DNA of 44,606 nucleotides, taken from contig NW_014577061.1 of assembly GCF_000485595.1 (NCBI RefSeq), forward strand, positions 1,731,214 to 1,775,819. Direction: 5' to 3'. How positions within the stretch are numbered: position 1 is the first letter of the stretch; the number at the start of each line of letters is the position of its first letter. The translations under genes were made by a program, and so were the position numbers. Source of the DNA: Priapulus caudatus (Eukaryota). Of this stretch, positions 23,708 through 44,235 are shown piece after piece. The notes beneath the pieces are model-generated. The model searched no databases. It saw only the letters and a program-made list of their open reading frames with translations, and had not been told where the DNA came from.

Positions 23708-24609
23708 GGTTCGCGCAGTCGGCTTGTGTCGGCTCGGTCTCCCACTGGCGATCTTCGCAGCGTGTATCATAGCTTGTCATGTTATTATCGTCATAAACAG
23801 TATTGTAAACAGTTGCGTGGCAGGGATGGAGATAAAGCTCACGTAAAGCGCGGGAACGTATAGTTGTCGTATCTAAACACTACGTACATAACGTATTAGT
23901 AGCCGTAGCTTGCATATAATCCTAGCATCGTGTATACTGAAGATAGAGAGTAGCGTCGTAGATATGTTTATAGTTTGCTACATGTGTCATGCCAACCAAC
24001 CAGCTATATGAGCCGCAATCAAAGTGATTCAAATCAAAATGATGAGGACGTCGGCAGTGATACTGTCCGATTAATTGATTGCTGATGTATCAGGATCCAT
24101 GATTAATTTATTTTCATTTTGCTTGCTAATTTGTTTAGCCTATTTATTTTACCAAATCAGGAGTTAAGAATTGTGACTGTGTTACTGTGATGAATCAGTG
24201 AAGGAGAGAGAGATAAATATAGCAGGAATTGCTGTCAGTTTCTCTGTAGTAAATTTGATTTTTGGGTGATACCATTTGACCTCTGTGTTCCTTAAAAGTA
24301 ATATTTTATTAATGGAAGTAGGAAAACGACCTGGTTGGATATATTTACTCTAATCTTTCAGAACGTTTTGGAAAGCGAGATCACATAGTACGCAAGATTT
24401 CAAAATTTTACAACGACGCGTAGAGGTAATCACTTTTTTTTTAACTTTTTAATCAGCGAACTGACGAAACGTTAACCACCGAATACATCCAGCTGGAAAG
24501 GTCGTTGGTTTGCAGTCGCGATGTCATCTCATGCCTGCCTTTAAGTAGGGATGTCACATTGTACATGTCTTCGGGTAGAGCCACATGGCTCAAATAAGAC
24601 GCATAAAAC

Positions 24610-24735
24610 CATAGAAATAATATCAGGAGTTAATAATGACAAATTAGGACAGTCATTATTAACTCCTGATAATATAGATAGATCTATCTATATATAGAAA
24701 TATAGATATATATATAGATCTATATTATTTCTATG
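24610..24735. mobile_element. P-element-like MITE (CATAG...CTATG, 8-bp TSD) containing a nested 45-bp element
   Basis: TSD cataaaac at 24602-24609 and 24736-24743. TIR catagaaataatat(agat)/atctatattatttctatg. Inner element 24624-24668 has a perfect 17-bp TIR and a 7-bp TSD ataatat. Confidence 0.82.
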
Positions 24736-25196
24736 CATAAAACGAACCTATTCTATACGCCACACAGAGGGAGTGACGCCGCGCTGTTTATATTGAGAAC
24801 GCGTTAGTTCACATGACTGGAAATCATTTTGTCTTTAATAATAATGCATCCTGATGAGTAATCTTGCCTGGAGACTTCATGGACATCGTCATCGCGGCCT
24901 ATGTTTCCCAACATCGTGCCACGTGATCATCTAGTCATGCAAGACTGCAGTATTAAAATCTAAAATTACCAAAGAGGTAGGGAAAATTCGATATACGAAA
25001 TTTGTCGTTATACAGTATAGTTTAGCTGTCTTTAGGTAAATTGTTTGTGCCTGTTCCTCATCAGCTGTTTGTTATAGTGCAAGTCTTGCAAAGGGTCGTT
25101 GTGTACTAGTACAGTAGTTCCTGGCTTGTTCTGTACATCCAGCATTGCTCCATGCTCTACAGTACGTTGCCACTGTACAGCCGTGTTGTGATGTGG

Positions 25197-25202
25197 AATA
25201 AA
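25197..25202 (+). terminator. Candidate polyadenylation signal for hunchback
   Basis: AATAAA followed ~20-50 nt later by GT/T-rich sequence (tgtcgtcttcggtgtaatctgtttgtg). Confidence 0.5.
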
Positions 25203-26119
25203 ATAGCATTCAATCGATATCTGTCGTCTTCGGTGTAATCTGTTTGTGATGAAATGTCTCTGATTGGATTATGGAGTTCAATGTCTTCATCTCAGCTGCA
25301 ATCATTGATATTATACACACTGGCTATAGCAATGAGAATTTTTGGGAAATTCCGGGGAATTTCGCTTTTAACCGCTAGATACCTATTTTTAACCTATGTG
25401 ATGTGTAATTTACGATAATAATTACATTTTTTTTCACTAGAAAGTCGTATACCAGTATAATATTATTTCGCTATGAAGGTGTGATGGGGTAAATTTTCAA
25501 TATGACCGTTGACGTGTTGGGTGCATAATTTTGTATATGATACCATTCTGCCGGGCTTGCGTTTGTACGACGTAGACAACAGAATATGAGTACGATTTCT
25601 CAGCAGGTGTAGGTAGGGCCTACTCTGAGGGTTTGACCTCAGCTCTCTAATGCGATCAAAACATAATACGTATAACAATAACGTAAAATACCAGTGAGGC
25701 ATCCGCGTCAGTTCGTATAGCTTTTAATTAAAATATGTGATATTTCGCAAGAAGAACGAAATGATGACAATAATATTTGAAGCGAAATATAGTGGCAACT
25801 AACTACGTGACCAATCACGCATGTTCTGGTCTGGAATTTAGTAATAGTAAACATACACATGGGTATAATGATTTATGTTCTGAGTAGGTGGCGAACGGAC
25901 GAGTCTCCATATACGACCTAGCTAACCGTTTCTATTCGTGCTTAATTTGAATTTTAATATGCAGTTTGTGTGTATAGGTACTTCAATAGAGGCAGGTGGA
26001 GTGCATGGTACATATCTCTATAGAGATAAAGCCAAAAATTACTGAACATAAAGTGAAACAATAATAAATACAAATATTGTAACAATCATATTATATATAT
26101 ATATTTATTAATATATATA

Positions 26120-26158
<39 letters not shown>

Positions 26159-26600
26159 CGTACAACAACCGTTTTTACCATAATCGGGGTTGTACATATA
26201 TGAAAACTCGCCCGAGCTTGCACATAGCCAGGTCGCCCAGTAATATGAATAATACCTGTTGCTTTTGACAAAGAATACTGCTAAATTTATGCAAAAACGT
26301 AAACGTACTTCGTGACTAAAAGCATGATGGAAAAGCATTGCCGGAAAATCTCAGTCTTGTAAGATCCTAATTTAGAAACTATAAATAATTAGAAAATAAA
26401 GTCTAGTACATTCCGGTGCAATCCAGAATAACATGTGCAATTCAGAACTCAACCAAACGCAATTGCCAAACAACAAGATAAACATGGAAGAATTCCCCGA
26501 CCCCTCCCCCCGCCTACACACACACATTGTCTGTAAAATGACGTATGTTATGGAGATAACGTGTGTTAATGATCATTAATTTGTCCTAATATAATACAAT

Positions 26601-26655
26601 CAAGAGCTAATAATACATTAGTATATTAATATATATAAGTATATTATAGCTCTTG
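26601..26655. mobile_element. Small palindromic MITE-like relic
   Basis: caagagctaataata ... tattatagctcttg inverted ends around an AT core; flanks atacaat/ttactat match only 5/7. Confidence 0.45.
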
Positions 26656-27398
26656 TTACTATATCAGTCCCTATATAATCTAATACAAGTATGTGCGTGC
26701 GCGCGCGTGGGTGCTTTCCGTATCGGTCCTAAACGGTTCGTAATCAATCCGTTTGATTGGCGGACCATGCAGCATTCTGTACTCTGTCTCGCATGCTCAC
26801 ATTACCGTGCCTAGATATCGCTGGTTCCACAGCAAGAGCACGCCGATTAACTCGAAACGTAAATTGTATATCAAGCCATATTCCACCGCGACTAGTCACT
26901 TTATCGGCGTATAGAAATAATCTGTCACTTGACAAAAATGACTTGACACTGAAAAAAGCAGATGTCTAACCGCGACAGGAATAGTTATGGTTTCCTCTTC
27001 CGAGTTAACCATGGCGGAGAAAGAATAAGTATAGAAAAAGCAAACCCTTTATCCTCGCAGTCATATCATCGCAACCTAGCTGTACTGGTGTTATCATTTC
27101 CACCACAGAAAGAGAGGCGAACACCCTTAAAAGAATCAATTATATATATATATATATATATATATTTATTTATTTATTTATATATATATTCTGCATGGCA
27201 TGGGCGGTGGGTGGACTGCTTCCTCAGCACGTTGGACCTTAATTTCTATACGGACGGAAAGTATTTGCTGAGCCATAGACATAATGTATTTAGTATTCTC
27301 TTTACACATTTCTGTGGCATGCGCTATATAGGGGGCAGCACTCTCCAGTAACGGCTGTATACCGAGACGTGAATTTCAACATTTATTTTGCTCTATAT

Positions 27399-27572
27399 CA
27401 GGGGTTCTTAACCTGTGGTTTATGGACCGTTTGGGGTCGGTGGATGGGCTTCAGGGGGTCCGTGAACCAGGTGCATGCAAAATTTTGTGTTTATGTGCAT
27501 TTTCCTGGGGAGGGGTCCGTAGCTTTCACCAGATTCTCAAAGGGGTCCATGACTCAAAAAAGGTGCTACTTG
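27399..27572 (+). mobile_element. hAT-Charlie MITE resembling Charlie4z
   Basis: Begins caggggttcttaacct; repeated ggggtcc(a/g)tg subterminal motifs; ends ...ctcaaaggggtccatgactcaaaaaaggt with an eroded right TIR. 8-bp TSD ctctatat/ctctacat fits the Charlie NTCTAGAN-type target. Confidence 0.8.
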
Positions 27573-28663
27573 CTCTACATGATGGATGATACTATGTATG
27601 GACCTTTTCGCATTAAATAAGAAAACAACATAATAATAATAAAACACTTTACGTGTGCATTATAATAATATAAAATAAATCCGAAAAAACATCTGTTTGT
27701 TTTTTTTGGTACTATTAGATTTTAATTGGACATATATTTCTAAGATTTCGGTAGCTATAAACGTATGTAATAGATGCCTCATTGGTGGTGAATTTAGGAT
27801 ACATGTACATCTCTCAAATCTGGCTAGGATGCACAATTATAGTTTTAATTCATGGAAATTCATTCCGTAATAACAAATTCTTTAACGGGGATAAATAGTA
27901 AGAAAGGTTTACACATAAAAGTCGTACAACTGAAAATGAATTGAGAGCAGTACACATGCAAGGTTATTTGGTTATTATTATTATGTGGTATAGTAATACA
28001 CCTTCTAATATAGTGACACCAAATATACATAAAAATTATACGTGTTTACGATTACATTTAACACCAAACACTGTATACAAATGGCCCGTAACGAGCTGTC
28101 TGTTTCATCATCAACACGCACGATCAGAGACAGTGTCATGGCCATGATAGAGTCATTCCGACACTGAAGTCTATACAAAAGAAAAGACAACTCGTCAAAG
28201 GGGTGATACTATATGCTTACCTATACTATCAAGAGTTATTTCCTAAGCTGCGTGAGACAGTGGAATCGCTGCCCCTTCTGAGATTGACGCTCAAGGGACG
28301 GTCGAAGGCTTCCATGGAAACCTGACATTCAATGAGTAATTAATCCTGGGTAAAAGCGCTCGCAACTTCTGCCTAGATAAAAGACCCATTCGAGTACTAC
28401 GCAACGCAAGGACTATAGCACATAAATCCGGTAATTCTCCACAGAAGTAAATAAAAACAATCAAAAGCAAAGAAAATTAAATAGATATTATATATATATA
28501 TATTTATATATATATATAGTCAATTATACCGTGTACTTTGTAGGGTGTATAACGTAATGTGATTATATATTCGGTTATCAACGCAGTGTTTCACTCCTGT
28601 GTTAGAGCTTTGAGCGGGAAAAGCAACGTGACAAATAGGGATTCTTCAATAATTCTCCTTAAC

Positions 28664-28701
<38 letters not shown>

Positions 28702-30114
28702 TAAATAATGTATTAAAATTAAGTATCTATCCATTTAAAGTAATGGGTGTGTGTGCGCATGAGTGTGTCTGTGTGAATGGGCGGGTAGTATTTTACATCG
28801 CCTGGTCGTTATACTGGCATCCTGTATCGTATCCTGTGTTGTGCACTTCCAGTTAGTTGCTCTGCAAATTTTCCTGTGATAAATCTCAAGTATATATACC
28901 AGTTAGCGTGTGAATAATTCCCGGTAAGATATGTGGTTAATGACGTACAATATATGAACTTCCGCAGATAGGAAATGCTACGTTTATACGTCGCGTGAAA
29001 ACGATGACTATAGCATTCATTTATGATTAAATAAATCTGCAACGATGATGATACTTATTACTATTAATCAAAAATGCGTAAAATTATATTATGTTATATT
29101 AAACATCAAACTATTCTGAAAAAATATTATGAAATTGATCAGGCTAATCGACTAAGAAATAAGAGATACAATATCTGTAATATATAGTGTGCACTTGTTT
29201 CTGTAAAAGCCGCCATGTTTATTAGACGTTTATGAAGTTCCGATTGCGTTTTTGTGTTTATAAATTATAGGTCTGTATCGCGTTGGTGATATTGTATTTA
29301 TTATGTTGCGTATCGTAGACATTCGTGTCTCCTAGTTCAACAAGGATAGCATTTTATTTTATTTATTGATATTTGTTACTAATATAGCTTCATTCTGTAA
29401 TGTATTGACATTTGCGATAAGCTGGACGATTAGGCTACCGGTACTGTAACTGTTGAGTCTGCTGTAATTTTCGTAGTTCCTACCTTTTTGTAATCAGTAT
29501 GAACTCATGCAGCCACGAAAACGAAGTCGTATAATTACATAATCAGCACGTACTCTATTGCTGTAGTTACTGCAATTTAATAATGGCTATTTTGAAAGCA
29601 CAGAATTATTTCACATAGGTGTTTGTAAATAGTGAATGTCCCAGGCTGCATTGCCATTGGTCCCAGCAACATGATACATTTCCTAAGCATTTGCGGCTTT
29701 CTGACCTCCAACAATCTTAATATTATGTAAAAGGGGCATGGTATTGAAGAGGAGAAAAATTATTGAGTAAAGAATATATATTAATCCTGCTGGTTTTTAT
29801 GTGCCGTCTTCAAGCCGAGTTGTGAGTAGACCTAGCGCCGGCGCCAGGCAGGCTGTGCGACCGATTGTCTATACAGCCTGACACCCTTCCATACAAAAAA
29901 CCTATCACCTCTGCAGATCTAGATGAATAACTGTATATCTCAAGTAAAACTATTCTATTAGTTACCACCTTTGACTTGGCTTGTTTGAAATATGAACGAT
30001 AACTCACAGTTGTCCTGCTTCTAAACTAGAATGTACCCTATTTCTTAATTCAAGGTATAATCTGCTATAAATTCTCACAGCATATCAACTTTCCAAGCAG
30101 CTTTCCACGATTGT

Positions 30115-30190
30115 GTACCCGCCATGTTTACACTGCGCATGCTCAACGGAAGAGAGACACGAAAACCCGAAACGGAAAAGACTCGCTAGA
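30115..30190. promoter_or_regulatory. Housekeeping-type promoter motifs upstream of Crk
   Basis: YY1-like ccgccatgttt (30119-30129, minus-oriented), NRF-1-like tgcgcatgctca (30134-30145), ETS cggaag (30147-30152) and cggaaa (30173-30178). Confidence 0.5.
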
Positions 30191-30268
30191 AAATACTACA
30201 AAAATACGGCCACCCTTAAAAAATTGTTTCTTTCCCCTTTACCTACTCTCCTCTCAGGGTATCGAGTA

Positions 30269-30525
30269 GGGGCGCAAATCCACTTTAGGCACCTTAGGTA
30301 TCACGAAGTGATGCACAGATTTCTGTGTATCATCAACTGATGCCCAGACTTTCTGTATATCAAGGAATGATGCAAAAACCCTAACCCTAAACCTAACCCT
30401 AACACACTTCGTGATACCTAAGGTTATACTTTATGACTTAGGGTTAGGGGCATCATTCCTTGATATACGGAAAGTCTGTGCATCACTTCGTGATACCTAA
30501 GGTGCCTAAAGTGGATTTGCACCCC
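30269..30525. mobile_element. MULE-like (Ricksha/Rehavkus-type) MITE with internal telomeric repeats
   Basis: 51-bp TIRs with one mismatch (ggggcgcaaatccactttaggcaccttaggtatcacgaagtgatgcacaga); internal (CCCTAA)n and (TTAGGG)n; duplicated flank cgagtag (5-9 bp depending on boundary). Confidence 0.85.
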
Positions 30526-31839
30526 GAGTAGGTAGGTAGGTGGAAAATCTTTTTTATTTTGTTTTGACAAGATGTGTGTATGTATATTGTTTTGTTTTAA
30601 TCGGCCAATAAACTGTGTCGAGTAGCAGCGTTTTGGCGAGTCGGTCGGTAAAGGGGAAACAAGCACTATTTTATTTTAGGCCTAGTACAATAGCTGCACG
30701 ATGGCTCTCACGGCAATTACACACCAAAGCAAGTGAAACGATGTTCACAAATGTCTGGGCCATTTGTAAAAACCTTAGATGACATGTTCTCGGATGTATG
30801 GGTGGTTTACATGAGGAACGCAGATCGTTTGATTTCCCTTGTTCGATCTATTGCGGATTTTAGTCACAGTCGGAATGATACAACATGGTGGCGAATTCAT
30901 AAATTTGGTTTCATTCGTCCCAAAAAGTTGCTGTAAGTGTAACCCCGTAAGTACCAAGCGCATCGTAGTGCACTGATGGTTACAAGAAGGATCATGTATA
31001 CTGATTTATTTGGTATACCACATGTGAAGTGTTTTTTGGCGATATTTGGCAAATAAGACAACTACGTGTTTAGCTGCAGCCAATGTGTGAAACGGTCTTC
31101 TAACCCTAGCAAGACCGTTTCTTGGAGCTAGAGTTGACCATGATCATGCACACTGCCATAGCTCATTCATCTGTTGTCGTATGCACCCTGTGCATTTGTA
31201 TGTGTTCCCAGCACCATTCCAGCCCTGTCTGCCTACAGAAAACCCAAAATGCATCATGGTGATTTTTATCTGTTCAAGTTTGACTTGTTATCTTTTAAAT
31301 TTAGTTTATATAATTAATGGTAGCAATGATAAGATTAGCAAATTAGGATTAATGTTTAGAAGTTATTCTGTGAGTGTATAGTATACTTTTGTAAACTTCC
31401 TAATGGATATCAGAAAGCTGGAAACAGCAGAAAATATAAGTAATTTGCGTTATGTGCAAATAGGCCTGCAGTCACTTTGAATTTAATGAAAATGTGGCTA
31501 ATTAGTTGGTGTTCAGTATAGTATTCATGAATTTAATATCATGTCATATTTTCCAATGTTCTTGCAGGAAGAGCATCCTTTCACCTTTGCCTGGAAAATT
31601 CAACTCTGTGACACATATCAGTATGTGTAAAACCAATGATCATTAAAACTCTAATAGCAGCCAGTATGCCTTGGACATAGGATGAGAAAGCTTTATTGAA
31701 AAGTTCGTACATGCTGAGCTGATTCTGGGAATCACTGGATCTGAGATATCATCTTGGTCATCACTATCTGCTATTATTTTTGTGCTAGCTTCTTTTAGCA
31801 TACTGTATATGCTGGACCAGCAAGTTTCCAGTATTAAAC

Positions 31840-40128
<8,289 letters not shown>

Positions 40129-43100
40129 CTGACTCCCCGTACGGAAAGCCCTGCAGATGCTTCGCGATGAGCATGTCATGATCAATCCTTGCTGCAACTG
40201 GATGCGGGCCGGCTATTCCAGAATTCACCTGCCTGTGTGCCGAATGCTGAGGCTGTTCTGCTTTCGCTCACGACGCCGTGCACAGCAGCTGCTGCAAGTT
40301 TAGTGGGTAGAGCAAATTTGGATCAACTTGATATTCTCTATGACCCTGCACCATTGCTTCCTGGTATGTATAAATGAGTGGATCGAGGACCGTGGCAATA
40401 TTTGTGCATATGCGCCATCGTGGTAATGGCGACATCTTACGAGTCACAGAGACGGCTTGCTGCACTGGTGCAGCACTCCGAGAAATGTGAAGTGAACAAA
40501 GTGTAGTGAAAGAGCTAATGCGATGGAGGTGTCTCTGCTTCACGTGATGATCGTTTGAGGTCGTTAGCAAGACCAGGAAGCCCCGCCATACATGTCAACC
40601 GGCGTGGAATTTGAGCACTGTAGCAATAACCACGATGGTTTTCCTGCGCCAAGCATGCAAATTGGTTTGCTATGCAGTGGTCTGTAGCACTCAGCCAGCA
40701 TCCACGCAGACGGACTAATGCCTGGAATTGCTGCTGTTCAGTGCCGTTCACATACAGGCTACTAGGAGAACAAGACTTGTCTGTGTGTGATCAGTTTCTT
40801 GCTAGGCTTCATTCGTTTATTTCACTCGGTGGACGAGTGAGAAAAAGGTGTCCGCGATGGCAGTTTTGTTTGCTTGCCCCCTATGTAATGCGTCGATTGC
40901 TTTAACTTCTCCACGTTTTAGTTTGGAGAGCATGCAGAATGGAGAGACTTGATTTGCTTGGTTGCCAAATTCATGTGTTTGTAATTAGTTTTCACGATTC
41001 TTTGTGTTAAAAAGTGCCTACCTATGTTCTCCAACTACGTAGATTGTGATAACTTAATGCTGACTCCATGTTGCTCTAGTATTTCACGTGGTTTGTATCG
41101 TCGCTATTTTGCCACTGGGTTGCTGAAACAGATTGACCAGTGGTAGTGTCTCCAGGGTTTTCAACAATCATTATAAGTATAACTATAGGTAGCATAATTA
41201 TGTTGTTACATTAACGACTGAATCATAATGTAAATACATGGCTACTTGTATATGCACTTGATATGAACCATTCAGCATACGTTGCTATAGCAAATAAACA
41301 GTTGTATAGGTTATTTAAAGAATGAATTTTATTGTGTAGTTTTTACCATTTTTAGAGAGTATGTTGGACAACGTGCCAGTATGTTCTTTCCATTACGATA
41401 ATTGTTGGAGTCTGTGTTGCTTAAGTTATTTCTGGTTGCAATGCAGAAAGAGGATATTCAATTATGTATTTTGCTGCATGTATAAATGGGATGCTGATAT
41501 GTCAATGTACAAATTACCAGTCGTTTATTAATTATGCGAAAATTCTGTCAACACTGGGCTGGCGATTTTGAAAGAAAGTACACCTTTCTCGTTATGGTAC
41601 TGTGTCTATTTATGGCTGTGATTTCTACCAATTTATTGGGCATAATAATGGAGAGGTACAGAAGTAGGCTCGATACAGTTATTTGCGATATATGATGAGA
41701 ATCTTGCATTCTTGTCTGCTGTAGTCTTAATTAAATGTTAAAGCTTTTTTTCTGAATGCCCAAACACTTACGACGGACAGACGCCAACAGAACGTCTTGT
41801 TGCAACAGTGCCTAATGTTAACCGTTCATCTCAAACTCTGAAACTAGTTGCTTTCGGAATGTAAAGCATGAAAAAAAACTACAATATTTCATAGTTTGGG
41901 CTAACATTGTAGTGTCAAGAGTTATTTATGTTGTATAGCCAATGTTTCCAATTTTATGGTAACAACAGAGCAAATCATAGACATTTAGTGTGTGCATTTT
42001 TGCAGGAAAATCTAGCTGCATAACAAATGCATACTGAGAATAGGTAGCGTCTGCTTCATCGTGGTCTCGGTTGGATTGGTTACATTGAATTTTGCTGGTG
42101 TTTACGTATTTAAACGTATCAGTAAAGTGAATGGTTATGCCTATTTGGGGTCTGTGCTGTGAGAATTAAGGTTAGATGTCACTGCGTATCAGTGCGCGCT
42201 GCTTATTCGTGCATTATCAACCAGGTCATGCACGATCTAATGCTGTTGTGAGATTCGTGAACCTATTAAAATACCTATAAATGTTTACCCTGTGGCCCAT
42301 TCCCTATGTTTGCCTAGGCGGGGACCGATGCTATGCTGGTTGTTGTAGCCTTCTGTGGGGCGTTTGATCGCGATGTAGATATTGACCAGGTCAGTTCACC
42401 TACGAATTTGGGCAAGGTATTGGTAACTATTGCAGTTTGAACATAACGAGTTTCAACATGTGCTTGTATTTGAACTATCCAATGATATCTCAGCGCTGGT
42501 AAGAAAAGATTGTGGGGCTTGTTCATATATTTAATTTAAATTTTCTTGAATATTTTATCAGTTGGGTGTGAGAAATTAATCTATTGTCAACAGAGGTGTG
42601 GATTGCTTGTCTACCATAATCTATTTTAATTCGTATTGATGCTTTTAATAATAAACTTTCCATCTTGTAATTGAACTGGACATATTGCGGCAAAATTATG
42701 ATATAATAATGGGGATAAATAGAATAATGTACATATTTTAGTTGTAATTGTTAGAAAATGTTGTACTGCTTTATGATAGTTAATAGGTGTTGCATAACGT
42801 TTTAAATAAATACCTGTTCAATTTTTTTGAAATTGTGTATCAGTTGCATATATTCAGCGCGGTTGTTTGTGTTCAGATTCTCTCACTTCTGAATTCATCC
42901 ACGTGTAATGTTTTGGGGCCTGTGCAAAGCAAATGTAGCTGTATTATAGTAACACCTAATAAGGAGATATCGTGTTAGCTCTTTAATGACTAATATAGGT
43001 GTAGACTATAGTATAGTACTAGGAAAAACTAAAATGAGGAATGAAAAGTAATCATGCCATGGTTTAGGTGCCTTCGTGGAAACAAACAGCATCATACTCA

Positions 43101-43337
43101 TACTAGTATATATGGGGCTGCTAAAATAGACTATTCTGGATCTATGATAAATTCGCTCCACTCATTATAGCATAAATATATACAAACGCGTGTGTTTGTA
43201 TATATCTATGCTATGGCCAAGCTATGGTCGTAAGTTGAAGCATAGATGTATACAATGTACAATACATATCTGTGTTTGTATATATCTATGGTTGAAGCCA
43301 ATGAGCTACATATAGTCAGGTCCCTTATAGCTTCATG

Positions 43338-43604
43338 ATAGTGTATTAACTCTCATATCTCGCGAACGAATTGAGCTACATTTCTAAAATTCTAGGTACC
43401 TAGCTATAAACACATCTCTCTATGGTCTCTGTAAATTTTGAGTTTATTGAAGCACGAATAGTTTAATTAATTACCAAAAATATACGCACGGTATCGTCAT
43501 AGGATAATATACGCGCGGCTATGGCCCGTAGGATAGTGTACTAACTCTATCTCGCGAACGATTTGAGTTGCATTTTCTAAAATTCTAGATACCTATAGAC
43601 ACAT
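43338..43604. repeat. Diverged ~75-bp direct repeat (43338-43415, 43532-43604)
   Basis: gatagtgta(t/c)taactct..atctcgcgaacga..tgag...ttctaaaattctag occurs twice. Confidence 0.8.
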
Positions 43605-43645
43605 GTCTTAGCTATCTTTCTGTGAATATTTGAGTTTGATCCTCN

Positions 43646-43695
<50 letters not shown>

Positions 43696-43928
43696 TGCCC
43701 TAACGCACACGTACGCACACACACTCGCACACACAGACATGCCCTCACGCACACGTACACACACGCGCGCGCGCGCGCGCAGACATGCCGGCCCATACAT
43801 AGCCATGCACTGTTGGCCAGCCACCCGAGGGCAAGCCATCGTACTATTCTTACAGACGTCAATGTTAAAGGCCGTACCATTAATTACTTACATTTAATGA
43901 TATCATGTTGTTTCTCTGCTTCCTACAG

Positions 43929-43960
43929 GATATGCATCTCAGTTCGTCTTAGGATGGACG
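43929..43960 (+). CDS. Possible 32-nt exon upstream of the TM exon (YASQFVLGWT)
   Basis: Strong acceptor tttctctgcttcctacag| and donor ACG|GTAAGA; open in the frame that joins the TM exon. Confidence 0.4.
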
Positions 43961-44235
43961 GTAAGACGATTAGATTAACAATGCTATTAGATTATCGATT
44001 CAGTCAGTTTGCTCAGATTTTATTACTGCCTGCCAACTTTCTCTAATTATACTTATGACAATACACACTAAACTCACTAAAGGAAACAAAGTATAATTTT
44101 ATCTATATTGTAGTTTTGCTACGTACTATTGATATTCGTACTTATCTACTTTTTCGAGCGTAAACTACAATATATTTGCTCTGTGATACCCATGTTTAAA
44201 CACCCCGCCGCCCCCGCGCATGCGCACTACCGCAG

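Larger units (their letters stand above)
20279..25225 (+). other. hb: Putative long (~4.9 kb) hunchback 3' UTR
   Basis: No AATAAA found by eye between the stop and 25197 (ATTAAA at 24952). High density of conserved-miRNA seed matches right up to the distal end. Confidence 0.5.

Noticed and set aside
24845..24890. CTGATGA hammerhead-ribozyme-like core (similar cores at ~4589, ~24461, ~39669)
   Set aside because: No stem II plus GAAA and no flanking helices could be formed.
28171..28322. Minus-strand exon-like segment with splice signals
   Set aside because: Stops in all three frames; no coding support, and no C/D snoRNA box pair found nearby.
30378..30450. Telomeric repeats suggesting a chromosome end or fusion site
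   Set aside because: Only a few units, enclosed by transposon TIRs with a TSD.
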